Of a stretch of 64,000 nt of DNA, positions 20,446-28,692 are shown one piece after another. A program made the position numbers and the translations under genes. The notes beneath the pieces were generated by a model that saw only the letters and a list, made by a program, of their open reading frames with translations, did not search any database and was not told the DNA's origin. Position 1 is the first letter of the stretch. Each line of letters starts with the position of its first letter. The DNA comes from Gammaproteobacteria bacterium (GTDB lineage: Bacteria > Pseudomonadota > Gammaproteobacteria > Arenicellales > Poriferihabitantaceae): assembly GCA_030432755.1 (NCBI GenBank), contig JAUILZ010000001.1, positions 203,388 to 267,387 of the forward strand. Reading direction: 5' to 3'.

Positions 20446-23130
20446 TCAGCGGTGGGAATGCGCCCTGCCGAACCGGATATTGCCGACGATACCGTCTTCC
20501 GTAATCGACACCGACGTGGGCCAGCAACGAATGCCATAGGCGTCGCATATGCGGCGATCGGGGTCTGGTACGAAAGGCAGCTCCAGGCCGTGTTCACGCG
20601 CGAAGGCGGCTACCGTATCCCTGTCCTCTCCACCGTTGACGGCAATGACCATCGGGTTCGATGCGCCCGTGTCTTCGCCGTCACGGGGTTTGTCCCTCGC
20701 GACCATGGCCTCGCGCAGGGCGCGCAGGCAGGGGGTCGACCAGGACTGGCAGAACAGCAGCACAACGGCCCGCCCCTTCAACCTGCGCAAAGCCAGTTGC
20801 TCTCCGCCGATGGATTCGAGCAGCACGTCGGGGGCCCGCTGGCCCACGCCGACATGCAGGCTGAGTACGCGCTGCTCCGGCGGGGGCGCCGCAACAGTGT
20901 GTTTGCGAAGCGCCGCGGCAAACTCCCGGGGCTCCAGGCGGCCAGCCTGCTGCCAGGAGAACTCGCCCCTGGCATTGGTGAGAAAGGTTGCCGGCAAATC
21001 CCGCGCGCCAAATACCCGGGACCACCCGCCCAGGGTGTCCTCCACGATGGATACCTGTCCGCGGAAATCCGGCAGGCTTCCCAGCCTGCGCTCCAGCTCC
21101 CGGCGGGGCATGTTGAAGCTGCCTTCCGGGAGCACCAGGGCCATGGCCATCGGCGCCTCGGGGTGGAAGTTCCCGAATGCCTGGTTGAGCCCTTCAAAGG
21201 GCGCCCCCGCGTCCAGGTTGGCGAAATGGACGATGGTGTTGGCTCCGGTTTCCCCGGGGTTGAGGGTGATGGACTCGACATGCCCGAGGATGGATTCCGC
21301 CAGGATGTCTTCCGGGGGCGGGTCGACGTCCCAGATCGGTGCCATGATCCGGTCCCACCAGGACGGCATCATGAACACGAACTCCTTGCCCTCGACGCTG
21401 CAGGTATCGCCGCCCTCGGTAGGGTAAACGCCGCCGATCTGGGACGGCAGAGATATGTTGTAGCCGGGGTTGACGTAGCGGCCGCGCAGGTAGAGACAGA
21501 TCTGCGGCAGGTGCTCGATGTCGTCGGGCTTCGGCAGGATGAACCGGTGGGGGTCCGAGTGGCCCTCGGTGGTGCCGCTCCAGGGAATGAAGCTGATGCC
21601 CTGCTTGACCCAGGTCCATTCGAAGGTATCGATGATTCCGGCGGGAATCCAGCTCTTGAGCGCGCTGAATCCCTTGTCGTCGCCGGTGTGGGTGACCTTG
21701 ACCATGGGCTCCGGCCGCTGCCGGGTCCAGACAATGCCGTGGAGAATGATGCCATCCCCGGTGGCTTCCATGGAACGGTATTTCGCATGGGTATGACTGT
21801 CGAATGACTTGAGCGCGTCATCGATGCTGCCGGCTCCACTGAACACCTGGTCGATCTGGTTGCGTGCTGCATCGAGGGCATTGTCGCGCTCGGTAATGAA
21901 GGCGCTGGTCACCGCCGATGTGGCCGAGCCTTCCACCAGGCCGCCGAAGGGTCCATTGACGTTGACGTTGACGACAGGTTGTCCATGTGGCACGACGTCC
22001 AGTGACTGCGAGCCCTCGTCGAAGGTGAACTTGACGTCCTGCTGGATGGAAAACGAGCCGACGTTGGGCGCCCACCAGGCGGGTGTGGTGGAATTGCCAC
22101 TGATATTGATGCGGATCCGGTTGTTGACCCAGGAGGCCTGGGCCTGGTTGAAGTTCGTGGTGTAGGTTGCGGTGGCCGTCGGACTCGACACGGTGAACTG
22201 GGGATGGCTGGCCTTGATGGCATCGAGCTGGGGTTGCACCAGCGAAAGAACGAATTCCTTGCTTACCGCGATGGCGAACGAGTCGCTGCCGGCGACGAAA
22301 GCGTTGTTCAGCCCGCCAAGCGCCGAGTCGGGCGGCATCGGCCCGCCGGAGAGGTGGACGGGAAGCGCCACCACCTGGCTGTTGCCACTGCCGAGCGCCT
22401 TGAAGCTGGAAAACTGAAATCCCTGGGGCAGCTCGAGGTTGGTGGGCTCGAATCCCTTGCGTACCGCGCGGCGGATCTCCGATTCCAGCTCCGCCACCTC
22501 GCTGCTACTGAGCCCCGTGCCCGGCGCTGTCTCGAACTGGATATCGTTGTCATTCTGCGGGAATCCGACCTCCAGTAACCGCGTGTTGAACCCGGGATTA
22601 TCCACCACCCTCAGTTCGAAGCGGATATGCACGCTGCCGTGAATCGGATCCGGCAGAGCGGGTGTGCCGGGATCCGGAATGAAGTTGGCGCGTATCTCAA
22701 CGCTGCCATTGACCTCGCTGGTGGCTCCCGGAGGGAACTCCACGATCGGCGTACCGAGCTGCACCTGGGCGAAGCCGCTGATCTTGCTCGGATCCGCCGG
22801 CTGGAGCGGGGTCAGCTTCCACCCGTCCAGCGCCCGTGACAGTTCCGCGCTGATCCCCGGTGGCGCCTTTCTGACCAGCACGTCGGTCGAGGTCCTGGCT
22901 GCCTGAAGGCTGCTGTTCTGGAGCACCATGTGGTTCCAGTTCGCCAGTTGCGCGACGGGTTTGAACGACAACCGGGAGGGTTCCCCCACGCGCAGCGAGA
23001 AGCTGTGCTGGAAAGTCGGGGAATTCTCCGGGGAATGGCCGTTCTGGTGCAGGGTGCCCGCCACGCCGTTGATGACCCGGGTCCGGACCTGGACGAGCGC
23101 GTCGTAGTCGCCGGTGAGATTGTTTGCCAT
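20446..23130 (-). CDS. Large uncharacterised protein with C-terminal thioredoxin/AhpC-like domain
   Basis: 894 aa; long beta-rich N-terminal region starting MANNLTGDYDALVQ (no signal peptide); C-terminal about 140 aa 'VGQRAPDVLLESIGGEQLALRRLKGRAVVLLFCQSWSTPCLRALREAM...ICDAYGIRCWPTSVSI'. Confidence 0.75.
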   Translation of the reverse strand: MANNLTGDYDALVQVRTRVINGVAGTLHQNGHSPENSPTFQHSFSLRVGEPSRLSFKPVAQLANWNHMVLQNSSLQAARTSTDVLVRKAPPGISAELSRALDGWKLTPLQPADPSKISGFAQVQLGTPIVEFPPGATSEVNGSVEIRANFIPDPGTPALPDPIHGSVHIRFELRVVDNPGFNTRLLEVGFPQNDNDIQFETAPGTGLSSSEVAELESEIRRAVRKGFEPTNLELPQGFQFSSFKALGSGNSQVVALPVHLSGGPMPPDSALGGLNNAFVAGSDSFAIAVSKEFVLSLVQPQLDAIKASHPQFTVSSPTATATYTTNFNQAQASWVNNRIRINISGNSTTPAWWAPNVGSFSIQQDVKFTFDEGSQSLDVVPHGQPVVNVNVNGPFGGLVEGSATSAVTSAFITERDNALDAARNQIDQVFSGAGSIDDALKSFDSHTHAKYRSMEATGDGIILHGIVWTRQRPEPMVKVTHTGDDKGFSALKSWIPAGIIDTFEWTWVKQGISFIPWSGTTEGHSDPHRFILPKPDDIEHLPQICLYLRGRYVNPGYNISLPSQIGGVYPTEGGDTCSVEGKEFVFMMPSWWDRIMAPIWDVDPPPEDILAESILGHVESITLNPGETGANTIVHFANLDAGAPFEGLNQAFGNFHPEAPMAMALVLPEGSFNMPRRELERRLGSLPDFRGQVSIVEDTLGGWSRVFGARDLPATFLTNARGEFSWQQAGRLEPREFAAALRKHTVAAPPPEQRVLSLHVGVGQRAPDVLLESIGGEQLALRRLKGRAVVLLFCQSWSTPCLRALREAMVARDKPRDGEDTGASNPMVIAVNGGEDRDTVAAFAREHGLELPFVPDPDRRICDAYGIRCWPTSVSITEDGIVGNIRFGRAHSHR

Positions 23131-23158
23131 GGTGTTGCCTCCTTGGCCGGGTTTGCGG

Positions 23159-23668
23159 TCAGGTCAATTGGAAGTTGTTGCCGTTGCGCGCGAGGTGAAA
23201 GGTCGGACCCGCCTCGTCCTCTGCCTTGTGCCTGGTGACCGGCGGCAGCACGATGGTCTGGGATTCGGGGGCGAAAGGGGGATTGGCCGCCGTGACGACG
23301 GTGCATTCGCAGGTGATATCGCCGTAGCTCCGGCTGTCCAGGCCGGCGCTGACGGATTCGCCGGTGGCGTTGATGGCGGTGCCGCTATCCCCGCCGCGGG
23401 CATGGGGACCATCGATCTGCGGGTCGTTCGGGCCGCCAATGGTTCCCGTGTTGTATCCGGGGTCGATCTTCAGCACCTTGACGAAACGCCACTCGATGCT
23501 GTCCAGCGCCGGCGCGTCACCCGACGTCTGGTGGAGTCCGCCGTCGTAATTGAAATGCATCAGCGCGAGTCGACCTTCGCGATCGAGGACGCAGCCGGTA
23601 AAGGCGAACAGGAATATTACGGGGAGCAGAACAACGGGAATGAGCAGGTAGGACCAATCGAACATCAT
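23159..23668 (-). CDS. Small membrane-anchored or lipoprotein-like hypothetical protein
   Basis: MMFDWSYLLIPVVLLPVIFLFAFTGCVLDREG: single hydrophobic segment ending in a lipobox-like FTGC, then a soluble domain. Start trimmed. Confidence 0.6.
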   Translation of the reverse strand: MMFDWSYLLIPVVLLPVIFLFAFTGCVLDREGRLALMHFNYDGGLHQTSGDAPALDSIEWRFVKVLKIDPGYNTGTIGGPNDPQIDGPHARGGDSGTAINATGESVSAGLDSRSYGDITCECTVVTAANPPFAPESQTIVLPPVTRHKAEDEAGPTFHLARNGNNFQLT

Positions 23669-23754
23669 GCCGTCCTCGTGGAGGGTTATGCCCTCGGACC
23701 GCACGACATGGCCATGCGATCCCGCTTCCTTTCACCCCTGCCCGGACCCGGGCC

Positions 23755-24486
23755 TCAATGAATCGCGAGATATCCGGTCGCCCCGGAGAGGATCATCAGT
23801 CCCGCAATCCATCCATGGGTATTGATACCCAGTATTCTGTCCTGTACTTCGCGCAACGGCTGCAGAACCATCCTCGCCAGGCCATAAAGCAGCAGCCCCG
23901 TGAAGAACACCGTGCCCGGCTGAGGCAAGGTATACCACAACTGCAGGGTGGTCACAAACAACGCCATCCCCGCGAGGGATTCGAGTAACTGGCTTGGATA
24001 CCGTGGCCGCCACAAACCATCCCGTCCGGGCAGCTTGAGCGCGATGGGGCCGCTGGTGATTCTTCCTGCGCAGCAGCCATGCAGCAGGCAGCCGAACTTC
24101 GCGATACCGAGCCCGAGACACAGCGCCGGCGTCAATAGATCCCAGTAGGCGAGCCAGTCAAGCGACAGCGCGGGTAACACCAGCGTGGATGCAGCAATCA
24201 TAGCCGCCAGTCCGCCGAGCAATGCGGCGCCGCCTGATGATCGCCGGAACAGGGCAGCCGGGTGACGACGATAGTATCGGGCATGGTGCGCGGCGTGCAG
24301 CAGTCTGACGCCCGCCAGGCCGGCCAGGAGGAGGAGAAGGGTTGCCGCAAGTACCGGCCAGGCCGGCAGGCCCGCAACCTCCGCCATCCGGCGCATGAAT
24401 ACAAACGCGGCAACTGCCGCAAGGTAGAGCAGGACCGTGTGGCTGTATATCCTGGTGCCGCGCCATTCGAGCAGGACAGGGTGCAC
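23755..24486 (-). CDS. Prolipoprotein diacylglyceryl transferase family (Lgt-like, divergent)
   Basis: 243 aa multi-spanning; 'CLGLGIAKFGCLLHGCCAGRIT' at the Lgt signature position and 'PRYPSQLLESLAGM' matching the HPTQLYE region. Confidence 0.75.
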   Translation of the reverse strand: MHPVLLEWRGTRIYSHTVLLYLAAVAAFVFMRRMAEVAGLPAWPVLAATLLLLLAGLAGVRLLHAAHHARYYRRHPAALFRRSSGGAALLGGLAAMIAASTLVLPALSLDWLAYWDLLTPALCLGLGIAKFGCLLHGCCAGRITSGPIALKLPGRDGLWRPRYPSQLLESLAGMALFVTTLQLWYTLPQPGTVFFTGLLLYGLARMVLQPLREVQDRILGINTHGWIAGLMILSGATGYLAIH

Positions 24487-24497
24487 GGGGAACTCGT

Positions 24498-24926
24498 CTA
24501 GACGGACTGCAGGATTCCCAGGGTCATGAGACTGGCGCCGACGCAGATCGTGATATCGGCAAGGTTGCAGATCGTGACGCGTGGAATGCGAATGAAATCT
24601 AACGTGGCGCCGCGCAGCGCCAGGTCCATCCCGTTACTCAACGCGCCACCAGCCGCCAGCGTCAGTCCGGCGGTGTACAGCGGGTTATTCAGCGAAAAAC
24701 CCAGTGACGTAACGTTGAACACGCAGAGGACAACCATGGCGATGGCAGTGACCAGGAGGAATCGGCGACCGACCAGACCGAAACCCAGCCTGGGATTGCT
24801 GCGCGGCCGTACCATTATCGCCGGTCCGGGGCGCAATGGGCGACAGGATTCGATCCCGGCGACCACGAACTGCTTGCTGGCCTGGTCCGCCAGGACTACG
24901 ATGACGAGTACGAGGAACCACACCAT
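24498..24926 (-). CDS. Signal peptidase II (LspA)-like
   Basis: MVWFLVLVIVVLADQASKQFVV (D..SK), 'SNPRLGFGL', 'GGALSNGMDLALRGATLDFI', 'CNLADITICVG': both catalytic Asp contexts recognisable. Start trimmed. Confidence 0.8.
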   Translation of the reverse strand: MVWFLVLVIVVLADQASKQFVVAGIESCRPLRPGPAIMVRPRSNPRLGFGLVGRRFLLVTAIAMVVLCVFNVTSLGFSLNNPLYTAGLTLAAGGALSNGMDLALRGATLDFIRIPRVTICNLADITICVGASLMTLGILQSV

Positions 24927-25180
24927 GCCGCCTGCCTCCTTGTCTGCGTGTTCCGCAATGGTTGCGCGGAAGGACCATTTTACCCGAACTAAATGCAGTA
25001 CATTGACATGGGAGTCAATTGCCGCCGGTTCACAACTGGCACGGCCTGCAGAAACGCACAATTGGGGTGCAGATTTACCTCATTGACGATACCGCCAGAG
25101 GTCCATAGAGTTTGACGCTCCGGCAGGACACGTTGCCATTGCCGGGATTCACACCAGCCACTTTCAGGGAGTTATCAGGA

Positions 25181-25840
25181 ATGAAAAACACGACCACAGT
25201 TTTGTCCGGCGCCATCTTGCTGCTACTGACCGCCCCAGGTCTGCACGCAGCCGGCGAACATCCAATGGGTTTCTTCGTCACCAGCGTCGGCATCGGCAAT
25301 GGCGCCAATCTTGGCGGGCTCGAGGGTGGTGACGCTCATTGCGCCAAGTTGGCGGAGGCCGCCGGCGCCGGTGACCGCACCTGGGTCGCCTATCTCAGCA
25401 CCCAGTCCGAAGATGGCCAGACCCGCGGCATCTCCGCCCGCGACCGTATCGGCATCGGACCCTGGTACAACGCCCACGGCGAACTGATCGCCAGCGATCT
25501 GGACGAACTGCATATCGCGCCCAACATCTTCAAGCGCACCGCGCTGGACGAGAACGGCAACCTGGTCAAGGGGCGCGGCGACAAGCCCAACGAGCACGAT
25601 ATCCTGACCGGCACCAAGGAAGACGGTACTGCCTATTTCCCCTGGGAAGAAGGCGACCATACCTGCAGCAACTGGACCAGCTCAGCCGACGGTGAGGGGA
25701 GCGCCCAGGTCGGTCACCACGATCGCCACGGCGGCGGCAATACTTCATGGAATTCCACCCACGCCTCGCGTGGTTGTAGCCAGGCCAATCTCCAGTCAAC
25801 TGGCGGAGCAGGCTTCCTGTACTGCTTCGCGGCGGACTAA
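25181..25840 (+). CDS. Secreted hypothetical protein, lectin-like (DUF1554-like pattern)
   Basis: Signal peptide MKNTTTVLSGAILLLLTAPGLHAAG; 'GDAHCAKLAEAAG.GDRTWVAYLSTQ' and 'CSNWTS....GHHDRHG' pattern. Start trimmed. Confidence 0.55.
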   Translation: MKNTTTVLSGAILLLLTAPGLHAAGEHPMGFFVTSVGIGNGANLGGLEGGDAHCAKLAEAAGAGDRTWVAYLSTQSEDGQTRGISARDRIGIGPWYNAHGELIASDLDELHIAPNIFKRTALDENGNLVKGRGDKPNEHDILTGTKEDGTAYFPWEEGDHTCSNWTSSADGEGSAQVGHHDRHGGGNTSWNSTHASRGCSQANLQSTGGAGFLYCFAAD

Positions 25841-25932
25841 CCTGTAGTTACGGGTTCCCCGCGTCGTGAAAGCCCGTGCATGGCCCGTGTCCGGATAGTA
25901 GTATTCGGGATGGTCAACACTGACTTCATCCC

Positions 25933-26232
25933 ATGAAGCGACACTCCCAGGATTTCAACGGCGCCGTTATCTCCCTCCGCATCGAGGGCGACGAGTATAG
26001 TCACGACCTGGTGGCGCCGCAACTGGTGGACATGGGGGGCCGGATGTTCGTTGTCGGCGAGGTGCCGGCTGGCGCCACGGTATCGGGCTGGACCGACGGC
26101 ACCGTTTCCGGGGTGGCCTGGGACAAGGTCATCAACTATGTCGTCTTCGAGTCCGTGAAGAGCTACTACGCCGCGATCAGCGAGTCAGACAAGTACGAGG
26201 AGATGGCCGCCGGCGACCGCCGGCACAACTAG
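25933..26232 (+). CDS. Hypothetical protein
   Basis: 99 aa ORF with plausible start; no recognised family. Confidence 0.45.
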   Translation: MKRHSQDFNGAVISLRIEGDEYSHDLVAPQLVDMGGRMFVVGEVPAGATVSGWTDGTVSGVAWDKVINYVVFESVKSYYAAISESDKYEEMAAGDRRHN

Positions 26233-26373
26233 AAGCGGCCTCATAAAAGCCTGCGCTTGGCGATACTTCGTTGAACCCGGCCTCAGAATGCTCGTGTACT
26301 ACTTGTACACTGCGCTTCTTCGGCCACGTTCCCCTCGTCTCACCGGCGCTCGGCTGCTTTTGAGACCGCTTCT
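26231..26373. repeat. Nested imperfect inverted repeat / MITE-like extragenic element
   Basis: Outer arms AGAAGCGGCCTCATAAAAGC (26231-26250) and GCTTTTGAGACCGCTTCT (26356-26373) pair; inner arms GAAC..GGCC/GGCC..GTTC and a perfect GTGTAC-TACTT-GTACAC core hairpin (26294-26310). Confidence 0.65.
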
Positions 26374-26382
26374 AAAGCGGCG

Positions 26383-27147
26383 CTAGCCGCGGTAGTCGAT
26401 TCCCTTGCGATCGAGCATGCGCACCATGGAAAGCCAAGAGCGTACCCCCGGGGGCTGCGCCTCGGGCGCGCCGCCGTCGTGGAACAGTTCCCTGACGATG
26501 CGATCGTCCACCAGGATGGGCTCCTGCCCTGACGCGAGTACGTCCACCTGGATCTTGCAGCTCATCTCGAGGTAGTAGAGATAGTAGAAGCATTCCGCCA
26601 CGGAACGGCCCACGGACAGGAGGCCGTGATTGCGCATGATCATGAGGAAGTTGTCGCCGAGATCACGCGCCAGGGCCTCGCATTCGTCCGCCGCCTGGGT
26701 CACGTCCTGGTAGTCGTGGTAGCAGACCGTGGGCAGGATCGAGTTCGAGTGCTGGCTGAGGGGCAGCAGGCCACATTTCATGGCGCTCACCGCGACGCCC
26801 GCGCGGCTGTGGGTATGGGCTGCGAAATGGATGTCGGGCCGCGCGCGCAGCATCGCGCTGTGGATCAGATGGCCGGCGAGGATCGGCGGGAAATCCCCCG
26901 ACACCAGGTTGCCGTCGAGATCTATCTTCACCAGGTTGGCCGCGGTGACCTCGTCCATCAGCAGGTCGTCCGCCTTGATCAGGTAGTGATTCGGTTCGCC
27001 GGGCACCCGTGCGGCCGCATGGGTATAGGTGAGATCGGTCCAGCCGAAATGGGCATACAGGCGGTAGAGGGCGGCGAGCTGTTCGCGAGCCTCGGCCTCG
27101 GTGGCGGCGGGCACGAGCCCGGATTCGATGACGGGTGGTTTGTTCAT
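26383..27147 (-). CDS. Class II aldolase/adducin family protein
   Basis: 254 aa; 'LAALYRLYAHFGWTDLTYTHAAARVPG', 'HSAMLRARPDIHFAAHTHSRAGVAVS', 'MIMRNHGLLSVG'. Confidence 0.9.
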   Translation of the reverse strand: MNKPPVIESGLVPAATEAEAREQLAALYRLYAHFGWTDLTYTHAAARVPGEPNHYLIKADDLLMDEVTAANLVKIDLDGNLVSGDFPPILAGHLIHSAMLRARPDIHFAAHTHSRAGVAVSAMKCGLLPLSQHSNSILPTVCYHDYQDVTQAADECEALARDLGDNFLMIMRNHGLLSVGRSVAECFYYLYYLEMSCKIQVDVLASGQEPILVDDRIVRELFHDGGAPEAQPPGVRSWLSMVRMLDRKGIDYRG

Positions 27148-27164
27148 GGCGGTCTCTGGATGGT

Positions 27165-28073
27165 TCAGCCGTGCAGCAACAATAATATGATCCCGCCGCA
27201 GACGAGTACAATGCCCACGGTTTCCGCGATGCTCACCTTTTCACGGAAAAACAGCGTGGTCGCGACGAAGGTGAACACCAGTTCCACCTGGCCCACGGCG
27301 CGCACGAAGCTCGCGTTCTGGATGGTAAACGCGGTGAACCAGCAGATCGAGGCCAGCGCTCCCGTCACGCCCGCGGCGCCGGCCCAGCGCCATTCGCGCA
27401 GCACCCGGCCGAATTCCCCCGGCTCGCGCAGGAGCAGATAGCCACCCATGATCAGGGTCTGGATCGCGAGGCTCACCAGCAACGTCCAGGCGGCTGCGAT
27501 GACAAAGTCGTCGACCGCCAGCGCCAGCGAGGCGCCGCGGAAAAACACGACCGATCCGCCGAGCCAGGCGGCGCAGACGAGTCCGATCAGGGTGGGCTTG
27601 CGGAACAGGCCGGCAATAAGGGTGGCCACGGACAGGCGGTTCTGTCCCAGCGACAGTGCCACCACTCCGAGGGCGGAGATGCCGATCGCGAGCATCGCCC
27701 AGCCGTTGAGGGTGTCGCCGAGCAGCAGCGCGCCGAGGATCGCCACCATTACCACCTCCAGCTTGGAGAAGGTGGTGCCCACGGCGAAGCTCTGGAAGGA
27801 AAACATCCACAGCAGGAACACCGTGAACATGATCTGGCAGACACCGCCGAGCAGGCAGAACCAGGCGAAACGGGCGTTGCCGGCGGGGATCTCGTGCACG
27901 CCAAACCGCAGCAGCAGCCACAGGTAAAGCGCCACGATGGGCAACGCGTAGAGAAAACGCGCATAGCTCGCACCCACGGTGGAGAGCCGGCCCTTGAGAT
28001 GCTTCTGCAGCGCCGAGCGCAGGTTCTGGAAGAACGCCGCGGCGATGGTGATGAAGATCCAGGTTTCCGGCAT
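27165..28073 (-). CDS. EamA/DMT family transporter
   Basis: 302 aa, about 10 hydrophobic segments, 'GQVELVFTFVATTLFFREKVSIAETVGIVLVCGGI'. Confidence 0.85.
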   Translation of the reverse strand: MPETWIFITIAAAFFQNLRSALQKHLKGRLSTVGASYARFLYALPIVALYLWLLLRFGVHEIPAGNARFAWFCLLGGVCQIMFTVFLLWMFSFQSFAVGTTFSKLEVVMVAILGALLLGDTLNGWAMLAIGISALGVVALSLGQNRLSVATLIAGLFRKPTLIGLVCAAWLGGSVVFFRGASLALAVDDFVIAAAWTLLVSLAIQTLIMGGYLLLREPGEFGRVLREWRWAGAAGVTGALASICWFTAFTIQNASFVRAVGQVELVFTFVATTLFFREKVSIAETVGIVLVCGGIILLLLHG

Positions 28074-28091
28074 GAAGGGTATGATCGGGGA

Positions 28092-28664
28092 ATGCGCAGA
28101 GTGTACCCGCGAATCTCCGTAACCGCGCTCGTTATATTGATCTGGACGACGTGGTTGCCATCCGCCGCGATCGCCTCTCCCGCCGGGGTGATTCCCTATG
28201 CCTGCATTGACGACGAAGCGTACGTCCTGCTGGCCTTCGATCCGGCGCCTGGCCGCGTTGGATACGGTGCGTTCGGCGGCCGCGCCAATGCCGGCGAGAG
28301 CCTCGCCGAAACCGCCGCGCGGGAGATGCGCGAGGAGACGCGCTGTGCATTCGAAGGTCCGTCGGCGGCGGAACTCGCCGGACTAGCGCCCAGTATCAGC
28401 GACGGGTATGCAAGCTTTGTCGCCGAGGTGCGGTGGATACCGCCCGCGGAAATTCCTGCCAGTCCCTGCGAGGTAGCCATCGAACGCGCCGACTGGTTGT
28501 GGGTGAAGCTCCCGGATCTTGTCGCCGCGCTCGATACCGGCGATGCCAGGCCGCGTGCGTTGGCGGCGCTGGAATTTCGCTACATCAACCTCTGGGAAGG
28601 AGCGGCGGAGTCCTTGCGCGCGGCCCGTAGAGACGGGCTCCTCGGCGACGCGCTCTGTCGGTAG
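28092..28664 (+). CDS. NUDIX hydrolase-like protein with predicted N-terminal signal peptide
   Basis: MRRVYPRISVTALVILIWTTWLPSAAIASPAG; degenerate Nudix box 'GRANAGESLAETAAREMREETRCAF'. Confidence 0.7.
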   Translation: MRRVYPRISVTALVILIWTTWLPSAAIASPAGVIPYACIDDEAYVLLAFDPAPGRVGYGAFGGRANAGESLAETAAREMREETRCAFEGPSAAELAGLAPSISDGYASFVAEVRWIPPAEIPASPCEVAIERADWLWVKLPDLVAALDTGDARPRALAALEFRYINLWEGAAESLRAARRDGLLGDALCR

Positions 28665-28692
28665 ATTTCCTAGGCCCGGGTCGGCGGGGGAA

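Noticed and set aside
20452-21807. 451-aa plus-strand ORF inside the 894-aa gene region
   Set aside because: No family motifs, while the minus strand carries the thioredoxin-like domain and continues in frame for 894 codons.
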